DNA of 20,000 bases from an uncultured virus (IMG/VR IMGVR_UViG_3300044611_000958) (IMGVR_UViG_3300044611_000958), one strand, 5' to 3'. Numbered from the stretch's first letter, positions 1 through 8,781 are shown. The notes: generated by a model from the sequence alone, not told the origin. Program-made: numbers and translations.

Positions 1-1287
1 CCATTTGATAATAGACCTATCTTCATCGTCCATTTCTGCCAACTGGTCTGAAATTTCTGCTTCATTAGGAACACTTTTGGTTATAGCGTTCATTTCAGCA
101 AAAGAACACGCCTCATTGATGCGTAACACTTCTTTAATGGCGCTTCTACCCTGCAATCTACCAAATGTGATCATTTGGCTAACGTGTTCTACTCCATATT
201 TTTCTCTAAGATAATTTATAACATCATCTCTTTTCTGAGCAGGCACATCCATGTCAATATCCGGTAATGATATGTGGTCTGCTGAGTTTCTGCCAGCATT
301 ATAAAATCTTTCAAATAGCAAATCATACTCAACTGGATCTATTTGCGTTATTCCTATTAGATATGAAATTAAACAACCGGCAGCACTACCTCTTCCCGGC
401 CCGCTCATCCAGCCAGCATCATTGACATACTTAATAATATCTTGCACTATTAAGAAATAACCAAAGAGATTAGCACTTTTGATAACCTTTAGTTCTTCAG
501 TGAATCTGTCTAAATATTTTTGTTTGTCTAAATCGTTCTTAACTTTGCCTGTATCTATAAGTAACTTTTTCCATCCAACCCTTGCCAAAGTCTTTAAGTA
601 ATCCTCTTCTGATAGATTATTTGGACACTTAAAAGTGGGCAACATTGGCTTGTTTAGAATGTTATAGTCTTCACACTGTTCATATATTTGTGTCAATTCT
701 GTTGCATCTAAATCTTTAGATTCTTCTTTATCTAATACATAAAACTTATCATGCAAAAAGTAAGTTAACTTATCATTATCAATGCCGTCTTTTATATTGA
801 TGTTTCCATTTTTATCTTTTCTAATTTTTTTTGTGACCTGTGGCAGAGTTGTTTTCATCTCTGAGCATAGCAATATTCTGTGCAGTTTGGCATCTTCTTT
901 TTTGATATAATAACTAATTGGCATAGATTGTGTTGGGGAACTAGATATCTTAATGAGATTTTTCTTATTCAGCATTTTGCTTAAAGTGTCATCAGATAAA
1001 TTTCCTAACTCGTCTAGCGACGAAACCAATTCGATTAAATCATACCAGCCATTCTTATTTTTGGCGAATACAATAAATCCATCAAAAGAACAACCAATAA
1101 TAGGTTTAATATTAACCTTCTTGCAGGCTTGATAAAAAGCCACAGCCCCGGAAATGGACTTATAATCACATATCCCACATGCTGGATAATTATTATCTTT
1201 GCATTTTTGCGCTAGTTGTTCCGGTTTAGAAAAGCCTTGAAGTAAACTATAATGCGTAAAATTTTTCAACGGGAACCAATTGTTCAT
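1..1287 (-). CDS. dnaE: DNA polymerase III alpha subunit (C-family, DnaE-type), 5' portion; runs off the left edge
   Basis: Not in the ORF track because no stop lies in the window. Manual translation from ATG 1287 (AAGGA upstream) gives MNNWFPLKNFTHYSLLQGFSKPEQLAQKCK...GICDYKSISG...IKPIIGC...AKNKNGWYDLIEL (PHP-like), GYFLIVQDII, GPGRGSAAGCLISYLIGITQIDPVEYDLLFERFYNAGR, catalytic SLPDIDMD, and VSQMITFG. Confidence 0.97.
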   Translation of the reverse strand, partial: MNNWFPLKNFTHYSLLQGFSKPEQLAQKCKDNNYPACGICDYKSISGAVAFYQACKKVNIKPIIGCSFDGFIVFAKNKNGWYDLIELVSSLDELGNLSDDTLSKMLNKKNLIKISSSPTQSMPISYYIKKEDAKLHRILLCSEMKTTLPQVTKKIRKDKNGNINIKDGIDNDKLTYFLHDKFYVLDKEESKDLDATELTQIYEQCEDYNILNKPMLPTFKCPNNLSEEDYLKTLARVGWKKLLIDTGKVKNDLDKQKYLDRFTEELKVIKSANLFGYFLIVQDIIKYVNDAGWMSGPGRGSAAGCLISYLIGITQIDPVEYDLLFERFYNAGRNSADHISLPDIDMDVPAQKRDDVINYLREKYGVEHVSQMITFGRLQGRSAIKEVLRINEACSFAEMNAITKSVPNEAEISDQLAEMDDEDRSIIKW

Positions 1288-1328
1288 ATGCAATCCTTTT
1301 GTCAAAAAAGAACATCAACACGCAATCT

Positions 1329-1357
1329 ATTATATCGCTAGCCGTCACGTTTGGCAA
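1329..1357 (-). promoter_or_regulatory. sigma70-type promoter upstream of dnaE
   Basis: On the minus strand, TTGCCA (1357-1352), a 17-nt spacer, then TATAAT (1334-1329), about 40 nt upstream of the dnaE ATG. Confidence 0.75.
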
Positions 1358-1544
1358 ACACTTTGCTGATCTTTTTAACTAAGTCGCTGCCAGCGGTTTG
1401 ATAAAAGCAAGGCAAAACAGCATGTAACAGTAAGTATACTCCAGCTATTATGCAGAGTGTAGCATACATAAACGCAAACCTAAAGTGTTGCGAATATGTC
1501 ATATTATTTTCTAATAAATGCTGTCTTGCTTTTGCTAATAACAT
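1338..1544 (-). CDS. small membrane protein, DUF6356-like
   Basis: 68 aa with the pattern HL-x4-TY-x2-HFRFA, a hydrophobic helix, then LHAVLPCFY-x-TAGS. This resembles the DUF6356 family as recalled, not searched. Confidence 0.65.
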   Translation of the reverse strand: MLLAKARQHLLENNMTYSQHFRFAFMYATLCIIAGVYLLLHAVLPCFYQTAGSDLVKKISKVFAKRDG

Positions 1545-1548
1545 TTAA

Positions 1549-2424
1549 TCACCAGCTACGACACGCCCAGTATCTAGCCTTATATTTTGGACCCGGATTA
1601 TCACAGTTGTGTCGCGCCCTAAAGCTTTTACGACGTTCTGGATTATTCTTTTTAATTGTCATATTGGGATCGCCAAACCTAACAATAACAACGTTGCCAC
1701 TTTCGTTCTTAACATAAACAGCAAACTTCTTTGGCCCACCGGGAGTTCTAAATGGTTTATTTAAAGTAACTTTTCTTCCTTGATATTCAGAGGCTTCTGT
1801 TTCTTCTTCTTCGTCATCATCTTCATATTTTTGCGGTTCATAATATTTAACAAAATCGTAAACATTTTGTATATATATTTCTGCCTTAGAAATCATGTCT
1901 TTTGTCCAATCTTGGAATTCTACCGGTAGCGAAACTTGTTTTAGTCTCATTACTATTTCCATTAATTGGTCGTGCATTTTTTGTATCTGTTCTACGGCCA
2001 TTTCATCGCCGCTGTCTGACTGAGCCTTTTTCCAAGCGTCTTTACTTGGCCTATCTGGATCTCCCGGCTTAGCTGGTTTATAATTTTTACCTTCTCTCTC
2101 TCTTTTTTTGCGAATATTTTCCCATAACCCAGGCTTCTCCGCAGCAACATCCCAATCTTCTGACTCTTCTCCAAAATCTTCATATTCAGCTTCTAGTGGG
2201 ATATAAAAATTGTTTTCGGTTAGTTCCTCTTCATAACCAAAGTTCTGCACTGTATATTCAAAATCTGCGGCTTCAATCTTATCGCAAGATTCTATTGCCT
2301 TTGATATACAAATAGCCGTTCTTTGATCGGTATCTGTATATTCCTTTTTCATTACATCGTCAGACATACATCTAGACATAAATGAATTTTTATCTTCTTT
2401 TTCTTTTCGTGATGGTATTGGCAT
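1549..2424 (-). CDS. modular phage protein, putative virion/internal head protein
   Basis: 291 aa with a GGAG RBS. Short modules recurrent in large aquatic phages (MPIP...FMSRCM...QRTAIC; GLWENIRKKR; EMAVEQ...W...KAEIYI; EYQGRKVTLNKP...RFGDPNM...RRKSFRARHNC...ARYWAC) are separated by acidic linkers. Confidence 0.6.
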   Translation of the reverse strand: MPIPSRKEKEDKNSFMSRCMSDDVMKKEYTDTDQRTAICISKAIESCDKIEAADFEYTVQNFGYEEELTENNFYIPLEAEYEDFGEESEDWDVAAEKPGLWENIRKKREREGKNYKPAKPGDPDRPSKDAWKKAQSDSGDEMAVEQIQKMHDQLMEIVMRLKQVSLPVEFQDWTKDMISKAEIYIQNVYDFVKYYEPQKYEDDDEEEETEASEYQGRKVTLNKPFRTPGGPKKFAVYVKNESGNVVIVRFGDPNMTIKKNNPERRKSFRARHNCDNPGPKYKARYWACRSW

Positions 2425-2434
2425 AATGTTCTCC

Positions 2435-3286
2435 TTAAATTATAATTTTTTGAATGGCCTGTTTAAGTATGTTATCTATACTTCCAGAAGGCACTTGATC
2501 TTTAAAATGGGTATATATATCTTTAATCATTTGATGGTTTGGATCTTGTGTTAACTCTAACCAGCCAACAAAATAATTCCAAATTCTATCTTCTAATACT
2601 AACCTGTATTTAATACCAGCTGGGCGACCAAATCTATGTAGCCACTTAAAGTCTGGCAAGCATAGAGCTTTTCCACCAAGCTGTCTAAATTTTTCATGTA
2701 TATATCCTTCTTCTCCACCAAATCCTTTAAAATGATTATTGAATCCTACCCAGTTTTTTGTTTCGCAGGAAAATACTCCAAGTCCCTGCATCGGTATTTC
2801 AAACGGTTGATTAGACTGTAGACCTTCGTAGTCTGTAGCCCACTGACCATACATTCCAGAAGACCAGTTTGGAACAAAGTGCGTGGAAGGAGATTTTAAA
2901 TCATCATAAATTAGTGGCCCCTGTATAATATTTTTGCAATCTGGATTAGATTCATAATAATTTAACAGAGTATCTATAGCATTTTTAAAAAACATCACAT
3001 GGGAATCCATGCAAATTGTATATTTGCCAGAAGCATTTCTAAACACTTCGTTTCTAATGGCCGTTCCACTTCTATATGTATATGGTATGTATTTACCATT
3101 ATTAACCCAATTCATAAAACTTTTAGTCGCTTGACCGTGTTGAGAATTGGGATTATTATCTACTACAATGATTTCAACATCATCATTATTGCAGATTTTA
3201 TGGAACATTCTTAATGACTGTATGGAGAAATACACTCCATCAAAATCATCATATGTTGCCATACCTATAGTTAATAGTTTGCTCAT
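2435..3286 (-). CDS. GT-A fold glycosyltransferase (GT2-like N-terminus, ppGalNAc-T-like C-terminal motifs)
   Basis: Motifs LTIGMATYD, EIIVVDNN, RNEVFRNASGKYTICMDSH, GFGGEEGY and WLHRF. The start is placed at ATG 3286; the ORF track begins at TTG 3292. Confidence 0.9.
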   Translation of the reverse strand: MSKLLTIGMATYDDFDGVYFSIQSLRMFHKICNNDDVEIIVVDNNPNSQHGQATKSFMNWVNNGKYIPYTYRSGTAIRNEVFRNASGKYTICMDSHVMFFKNAIDTLLNYYESNPDCKNIIQGPLIYDDLKSPSTHFVPNWSSGMYGQWATDYEGLQSNQPFEIPMQGLGVFSCETKNWVGFNNHFKGFGGEEGYIHEKFRQLGGKALCLPDFKWLHRFGRPAGIKYRLVLEDRIWNYFVGWLELTQDPNHQMIKDIYTHFKDQVPSGSIDNILKQAIQKIII

Positions 3287-3288
3287 TT

Positions 3289-4314
3289 TCAACCCGGAGC
3301 CTCGTAAAATCCTATATTGAAACCTTCTCTAGTGCAATCTTTAATCGTTTTGTCCATCCCGTGAGTATTCAGATAGTCTTCTATGTATATACACATATTT
3401 TTGTCGGTTTCTGGCCAGCTATTTTTGCAGAAGTGGCACAATTTAGAACATTTCCAGTTACTTCTATCTTGAGAAATTGGTTTTGGTTGATTGTTTTTTT
3501 GAATGTCTTTAAATCTTTGTTTTAGCATGTCCAAAAACTTTGAATGATCTGACTTGTCAAAGCACATTGAAAAAGGTCCACCGTCCTTAATGAAAAATAT
3601 AGACATAATAGCCTGTTCATAATCTGGAAATAGCTTAGAAATGGCATAGTTATATAACAGCAATTGTGGATCTGAGCATAATTTTTCATATGTTTTTTCT
3701 TCTCCCGTGGCCCAATCTAGTCTTCGTCCCGTTTTCCAATCTATAACTTCTATTATTTTGTCACTTGTTTTTGTTACTAAGTCAATTGTTCCCTTGATGG
3801 CTAATTGTCCATTTATTTTTTTGCCATCTGGTAAAACATATTCGAATTTAGCCCAATCTTCCTCTATTGGAATGTCAAAGTGCGGCTCTGCCGCAACTAT
3901 GTCTCTGTTTCGTGGATCAAATTGCCCATGGTTAAAGTCTAAAGTTGTACATATTAGACTATAGCAATTTTCTTTATCAAGCTTAGTAAAAGAGTGTGCG
4001 GAATTCGCCGTATAAAATTCAAAACTTTTATCCAACAAAGCACTAACCGTCTTGTCTTCATAGAGTTCTTGCTTTGTTATTGATATTTTTCCCAAGGAGT
4101 CATCTTCAATAACTATTTTCTTACTCTTGCCTTTAAGTTCTTGTTCTGCTTTTTTTAATGACGCTAAGCACTCTAACACCTTATGAACAATTGTTCCAAC
4201 GTCTGCCTTTTTTCCACTTACAGACTGATGACCCAGAACGTATGTAATAAAGTATTGCATTTGGCAGTAAGCATAATTATTATAACTAGAAGATCTAATA
4301 TATGTTACTAACAT
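3289..4314 (-). CDS. PD-(D/E)XK exonuclease, Cas4/RecB/AddB-like with a probable Fe-S staple
   Basis: Motifs SSSYNNYAYCQMQY, GTIVHKVLE, E (AAEPHF), GTIDLV, VIDWKTG, QLLLY and C-terminal CxxxCxxC. Likely start is ATG 4314 (GGAG upstream, TAATG overlap with the preceding stop). Confidence 0.9.
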   Translation of the reverse strand: MLVTYIRSSSYNNYAYCQMQYFITYVLGHQSVSGKKADVGTIVHKVLECLASLKKAEQELKGKSKKIVIEDDSLGKISITKQELYEDKTVSALLDKSFEFYTANSAHSFTKLDKENCYSLICTTLDFNHGQFDPRNRDIVAAEPHFDIPIEEDWAKFEYVLPDGKKINGQLAIKGTIDLVTKTSDKIIEVIDWKTGRRLDWATGEEKTYEKLCSDPQLLLYNYAISKLFPDYEQAIMSIFFIKDGGPFSMCFDKSDHSKFLDMLKQRFKDIQKNNQPKPISQDRSNWKCSKLCHFCKNSWPETDKNMCIYIEDYLNTHGMDKTIKDCTREGFNIGFYEAPG

Positions 4315-5057
4315 TATACGCTCCATTCTTTTGATATATTTGATAGCATATTACTTAGCTTTTCAATTGATTGATCTTTATTGTCTATAACAATGTCAAA
4401 CTTATCCCAATCAAACTTGTCTTTATCCAATGCTGTTTCACACTTGTGGTCAGAATGATGAACATCTCTAGTTAATCTAATAACTATTCCACCGTTCTTG
4501 TGTATTGCTTCTACTTCATTTGGAAATCTAACATCTGGAATAATAGATACCTCAGAACCTTCTCCAAGAATAGACGAGATTGTGCAATCTACCCATGCGC
4601 TGTCCTTAATTTTTCTGATAACATTTGTCCCAAAGTGTTGCATAAATTCTCTTGCCGTTATTGGGCCAGTTAAATTGTTATGATTCTCTGGCATGTCATC
4701 CCATAGCAAATCAGTTAATTGGTTTTTGTGTTCGTCTGACCCATAAACTTGATCAAGAGTTAAACCAAATAGTGAGTGGCAAATGTTTTTTAGACTATCT
4801 GCAAAGTGATATACTTTAACGAATGGCCACAATTCCTTTTCTGCATAATTTACAAAAACAGAATCTTTTCTCAAGATATCAAATATGCCCCAGCCAACGT
4901 TGCCGTTTGAGTCATTTGTTTTGATTTCTAGCTTACCATCATTACTAAGATGAAAGTCTTGTACCATTTCTTTTGTTTTGAGAACATGTCCAGTAATATA
5001 GTTTGCACATGTATTTTTACCAGACTGTTTCCTTCCAGAAATTCCTATGATTTTCAT
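4314..5057 (-). CDS. deoxynucleoside monophosphate kinase (T4 gp1/T5 dnk-like)
   Basis: P-loop GISGRKQSGKNT, plus FADSLK, TAREFMQHFGT, IPDVRFPNEVEAI and H-x-CE-x-ALD. Confidence 0.9.
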   Translation of the reverse strand: MKIIGISGRKQSGKNTCANYITGHVLKTKEMVQDFHLSNDGKLEIKTNDSNGNVGWGIFDILRKDSVFVNYAEKELWPFVKVYHFADSLKNICHSLFGLTLDQVYGSDEHKNQLTDLLWDDMPENHNNLTGPITAREFMQHFGTNVIRKIKDSAWVDCTISSILGEGSEVSIIPDVRFPNEVEAIHKNGGIVIRLTRDVHHSDHKCETALDKDKFDWDKFDIVIDNKDQSIEKLSNMLSNISKEWSV

Positions 5058-5058
5058 A

Positions 5059-6078
5059 TTAATACGTTCCTTCTAGCTTAGATAAAATTTGTGAATGTAT
5101 ATCATCAGTAGACATATCCCCTAGGTCTTTTGCTGATAATCTTGGAAAAATTAATTTGTAAGATCTATTTAATTGTCTGTGCAGTTGCACCCTAGCCTCT
5201 TTTCCAGCTTGGTCGTTGTCCATTATAATAACAAGCTTAGTTAATGGTAATCTATGTAATTTTTGTAGTTGTTCTTCCGATAAAGTTTTACCGAATAGGC
5301 TCACGGCATTAAAAACGCCCGCCTCATACAGCCTCCAAACGTCGCCCTGTCCCTCTACAATATATAGACATGATTTTTCTACAGCCATTACTAAAGCTCT
5401 ATGGTAGTTATATAGGTAATATCTTTTATCTAAACCCTTTGGGTATAGTAAGAATTTTGGCAATCTATATTCTTTTGTAGCTCTTCCTATGCATCCTACT
5501 ATTTTATCTCCAGAGTCATTGTGTATTGGTATAATAGCTCTATCTTTCATTAAGTCAGAATCTAAAGAATCTTTTACGCCAAAATAATTTAGTGTATCAG
5601 CTTTAAACCCTCTTTCCATAAAGTATTGTGAGGATTTAGATAACTTAAATTGTAAATCTATTTCTTTATCGCAAGGGGATTGGCTTGACTGATTAAAGAC
5701 TTCTATAATATTTGTAAAGTCTGAATATAAATCTACATCGCCGTTAGCAGTTTGCGTATTACTTAGCTTTCTATTAAATTTAGTATTTATCCACTTTAGT
5801 GCATCTTTAAATTCCAAAGATTTTCCGCTTTGGTTAGATAATACTCCAACTATTAAACCAAATATATCGTTTTTATGTTCTTGCTGGCATTCTTTTGTCC
5901 AGCATTTCCATACGCCTTTTGTTTTAGAGAATGAGAAAGCTCTTGGATTATCACTACCTTCATGCACTGGGCATGTAGAGTAAATGTTATCGCCAAAAAC
6001 TTCGTAGTTCATTCCCAGTTTTTGAAATACAGACTCTGCATTATCATTCAGATATGTCTTCAGTTGTTTCAATTCCAT
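5059..6078 (-). CDS. dnaG: DNA primase (CHC2 zinc finger plus TOPRIM)
   Basis: CPVH...WKCWTKEC zinc-binding domain, DRAIIPIH...IVGCIGR, and TOPRIM motifs IVEGQGDV, MDNDQAG and KDLGDM. Confidence 0.95.
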   Translation of the reverse strand: MELKQLKTYLNDNAESVFQKLGMNYEVFGDNIYSTCPVHEGSDNPRAFSFSKTKGVWKCWTKECQQEHKNDIFGLIVGVLSNQSGKSLEFKDALKWINTKFNRKLSNTQTANGDVDLYSDFTNIIEVFNQSSQSPCDKEIDLQFKLSKSSQYFMERGFKADTLNYFGVKDSLDSDLMKDRAIIPIHNDSGDKIVGCIGRATKEYRLPKFLLYPKGLDKRYYLYNYHRALVMAVEKSCLYIVEGQGDVWRLYEAGVFNAVSLFGKTLSEEQLQKLHRLPLTKLVIIMDNDQAGKEARVQLHRQLNRSYKLIFPRLSAKDLGDMSTDDIHSQILSKLEGTY

Positions 6079-7522
6079 TTAATTTAATCTTTAAAAGGGC
6101 GTCTTTATCTACTAATCCTGTGTCACCTACCGGGTTGTTCTTCATATCGTTTCTGGTTCTAAGTTCTATTAATTTAGAATGAGAACCAACCATTTGCATA
6201 TTTATATAGTCACCGTCATTTAGTCCAGCACCATGTCTAGTAACAATTGGTACAAGTTTTCTATTTCCAGCATTTGGGCCATCTTCTGCCAGTTCTTCTG
6301 TAGACTTAGATTTAAAAATAGTAAAGGAAGTACATAGCCAAATCAATCTGTCTGATCCGCTCACTGCGTCTGTGCTTTCTTTAGTAATTCCATCCCTGTT
6401 TAACTGAACAAAAGATAAACATGGTATATCCATTTTTACGCAAAGGTTATGTAATGATGTAATTTGAAATCCAAGAGCTTGATATTCTTGAACATTGTTA
6501 GTAATGGATTCTGATGACATTAGCTTAAGATAATCGTATATAATAAGACATTCGTTTGTCTTTCCATTGCTGCCAATTTTGACTTCCTGCATTACCCATC
6601 TTCTAATTAAGTTCAAGATATTTTCAAAAGGCTTTCCAGCAACGCTTATATAACTATATGGAATAGTAGACAGTTTCGCCATTGCGTCTTTTATCTTTTT
6701 TTGTTTTTCTTCATCTTCTGCAAATTTACCAGTTGCAACCTCATTAATTGGCACCCCGCTAATATTAGCTAATAGTCTATTTAAGTGATCTTCTTTAGAC
6801 ATCTCTGTGTCTAGAACTAATACCGGAACACCAAGAGAAGAAACATTTAAAGCCACATTGTCTGCAAATACTGACTTTCCAACCTTTGGTCTTGCGGCAA
6901 TCAAATCTACGCATTTGCGTCGTAAGCCGCCACCTATCGCTTCGTCAAACTTGGAGAATCCTGTTGGGATGCCTATAATATCACATTTGTTATTTTCTAG
7001 ATAATCAATGTAATCTTCTACTTTGTGTCCAATTTTTGATGGTGTTTCACCGCCGTCATCTTCTCTTAAAAAGTCCGTTACGGGATTTTCTAAAATTTGT
7101 ACAATATCATTTATACTTTCTGTTCCATCTACCTTGTCTACATCTTGACTAATTTTGGCAGTTAAGTACTTAATTTTTCTAGCAAATTCAAACTTTTTAA
7201 TTTGTATTGCGAAGTTGAATACATTGTCTTTATTAATGGGAAAATCAAACAAAGACTTAATATACTTTAGTTCTTGTTTTGTGTTGATAATTTCATCAAA
7301 TTTTAATGACTTTGCTGCTGATAATATTGAGGCTAAATCAATAGACTGATCATTAGACATGATTTGTTCTATGCACTTATAGATCATCTTATTGTTTGGA
7401 TTTGAAAATGTATCAGATGAGATAATATTAGATATCTGTAGATATCCATCTAAACCGTGCTGTAACAGGCCAGCCAAAACTGCTCTCTCAGATCCAACAT
7501 CGCTTAATTTATCTTCTATCAT
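6044..7522 (-). CDS. dnaB: replicative DNA helicase, DnaB family
   Basis: N-terminal SERAVLAGLL, GIPTGFSKFD, Walker A AARPKVGKS, DTEMS, Walker B IIYDYLKLM, QLNR and arginine finger TRHG. Start at ATG 7522 gives an ATGA overlap. Confidence 0.96.
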   Translation of the reverse strand: MIEDKLSDVGSERAVLAGLLQHGLDGYLQISNIISSDTFSNPNNKMIYKCIEQIMSNDQSIDLASILSAAKSLKFDEIINTKQELKYIKSLFDFPINKDNVFNFAIQIKKFEFARKIKYLTAKISQDVDKVDGTESINDIVQILENPVTDFLREDDGGETPSKIGHKVEDYIDYLENNKCDIIGIPTGFSKFDEAIGGGLRRKCVDLIAARPKVGKSVFADNVALNVSSLGVPVLVLDTEMSKEDHLNRLLANISGVPINEVATGKFAEDEEKQKKIKDAMAKLSTIPYSYISVAGKPFENILNLIRRWVMQEVKIGSNGKTNECLIIYDYLKLMSSESITNNVQEYQALGFQITSLHNLCVKMDIPCLSFVQLNRDGITKESTDAVSGSDRLIWLCTSFTIFKSKSTEELAEDGPNAGNRKLVPIVTRHGAGLNDGDYINMQMVGSHSKLIELRTRNDMKNNPVGDTGLVDKDALLKIKLNGIETTEDISE

Positions 7523-7914
7523 TTTTTGCTCGCGCACCTATCACAGCGGTTGTATTCACCAAAAACAAATCTTTTGTCTGCCTCAAAATCTTTTCCACAC
7601 ACATGACATTGCAGTTTAACCTTTTGTGGCGGCTGTCTCCTTCTAGGAGTTGGCTTAATGTCTGGCGTGGTAACATCTTTAGACTCGCCTGTGTCTACCC
7701 ACATGTTTGTTTTCGCTCTTACTGCTTCTTTCCTTCTCTTCTGTGTGCTGTTAGAAGGTGGATTCATTGTAAAATCTTCATTAATAATAGCCTTTGTTTG
7801 ACTTTTAGTGCTATCTGGAACGTGAGATAGTGTTGGACTATTACTATTAAGAGCTTCTAGTAAAGCTTTTTTTTGTTCTTCATTAAGCGTGTTTACAAAA
7901 TCTTTCATGCTCAT
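7519..7914 (-). CDS. hypothetical protein with C-terminal zinc ribbon
   Basis: 131 aa with CHVCGK...RCDRC, and ATGA overlaps with neighbours on both sides. Confidence 0.75.
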   Translation of the reverse strand: MSMKDFVNTLNEEQKKALLEALNSNSPTLSHVPDSTKSQTKAIINEDFTMNPPSNSTQKRRKEAVRAKTNMWVDTGESKDVTTPDIKPTPRRRQPPQKVKLQCHVCGKDFEADKRFVFGEYNRCDRCASKK

Positions 7915-8372
7915 AGTCTCTTACCTTTCTCTAATAAAATATCCGCTTTGCGTTTTAATTCGTACACTTTGCCGTCTAGGTTTTGCATCCTAGCATGTGC
8001 TACTTGTCTATAGCTATCAATAGATTTGGCATATTCATTATCCACTACAATTAATTGAATTTTTGCATCATGCTTAGTATATTGACTGAATTTATCGTTA
8101 TTTTTTGCCACCATTTTTTCTAGCTGATCATTACATAGGTCATAAACTACTTTTTGTCTATTATATTGATCTTGCACATAAGAAGCATAACTATATAGCA
8201 AATATGCAGTATCAAAGTGTTCTTCTTTGGTTAGCTTTTTAAGATGCTCATCTGACAGGTCTGATACAGTTAAAAATTCTTCTCTAAAATTTGCAAACTT
8301 GGTATTAGTCTCATTAGTAAAATCTTCTAGTTTGGCTAGGAAATCTTCTACAGTCTCTTTAGCTGTTTTCAA
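7911..8372 (-). CDS. helical/coiled-coil protein, possibly UvsY-like recombination mediator
   Basis: 153 aa, predicted all-helical, located between the RecA-like gene and dnaB. The function is inferred from size and context only. Confidence 0.5.
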   Translation of the reverse strand: MKTAKETVEDFLAKLEDFTNETNTKFANFREEFLTVSDLSDEHLKKLTKEEHFDTAYLLYSYASYVQDQYNRQKVVYDLCNDQLEKMVAKNNDKFSQYTKHDAKIQLIVVDNEYAKSIDSYRQVAHARMQNLDGKVYELKRKADILLEKGKRL

Positions 8373-8781
8373 TTTGTTGTCTCCAATCTTCGTCTGAGTC
8401 AGAATATTTCAATATTACTATGTCAACGCCATTAAGTTTGCACCACTCTATTTTATCCTCATCCTTGGCTTTTGCCAAAAGAAAATCTGCTTTATTTTTA
8501 TGGAAAAATGCATTATATTCATAATGCTGCTGACCATGAACCTCAAAAGCTTTTTTAATCTGCGGAATATAAAAGTCTAAATAAAGTACTCCCTTTCTGT
8601 GGGTGGCTGTACTTCCCGGTAATTTTACTTCTTCTAGAATACGATAACTATTATATATATTCTTCAATAATATTCTAGCACGTAAATGATATTTAGATCT
8701 AGATCTTTTGTCATCATTTTTTATGTCATATGCGGACAAGTTCCATACATATTCTTTCCCATTAATTCCAAACACTTTCAT
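8359..8781 (-). CDS. small PD-(D/E)XK endonuclease (Vsr/DUF559-like)
   Basis: ILEEV...LYLDFYIP...AFEVHGQQHY...KDEDKIEWCKLNGVDIVILKY matches the typical DUF559-like pattern. Confidence 0.8.
   Translation of the reverse strand: MKVFGINGKEYVWNLSAYDIKNDDKRSRSKYHLRARILLKNIYNSYRILEEVKLPGSTATHRKGVLYLDFYIPQIKKAFEVHGQQHYEYNAFFHKNKADFLLAKAKDEDKIEWCKLNGVDIVILKYSDSDEDWRQQIENS

Noticed and set aside
1992..2183. 63-aa minus-strand ORF nested in the 291-aa gene
   Set aside because: It is an alternative frame of a gene with convincing modules, and it has no independent support.
3289..4314. CRISPR-Cas locus suggested by the Cas4-like gene
   Set aside because: No repeat-spacer array or other cas gene is visible in the window.
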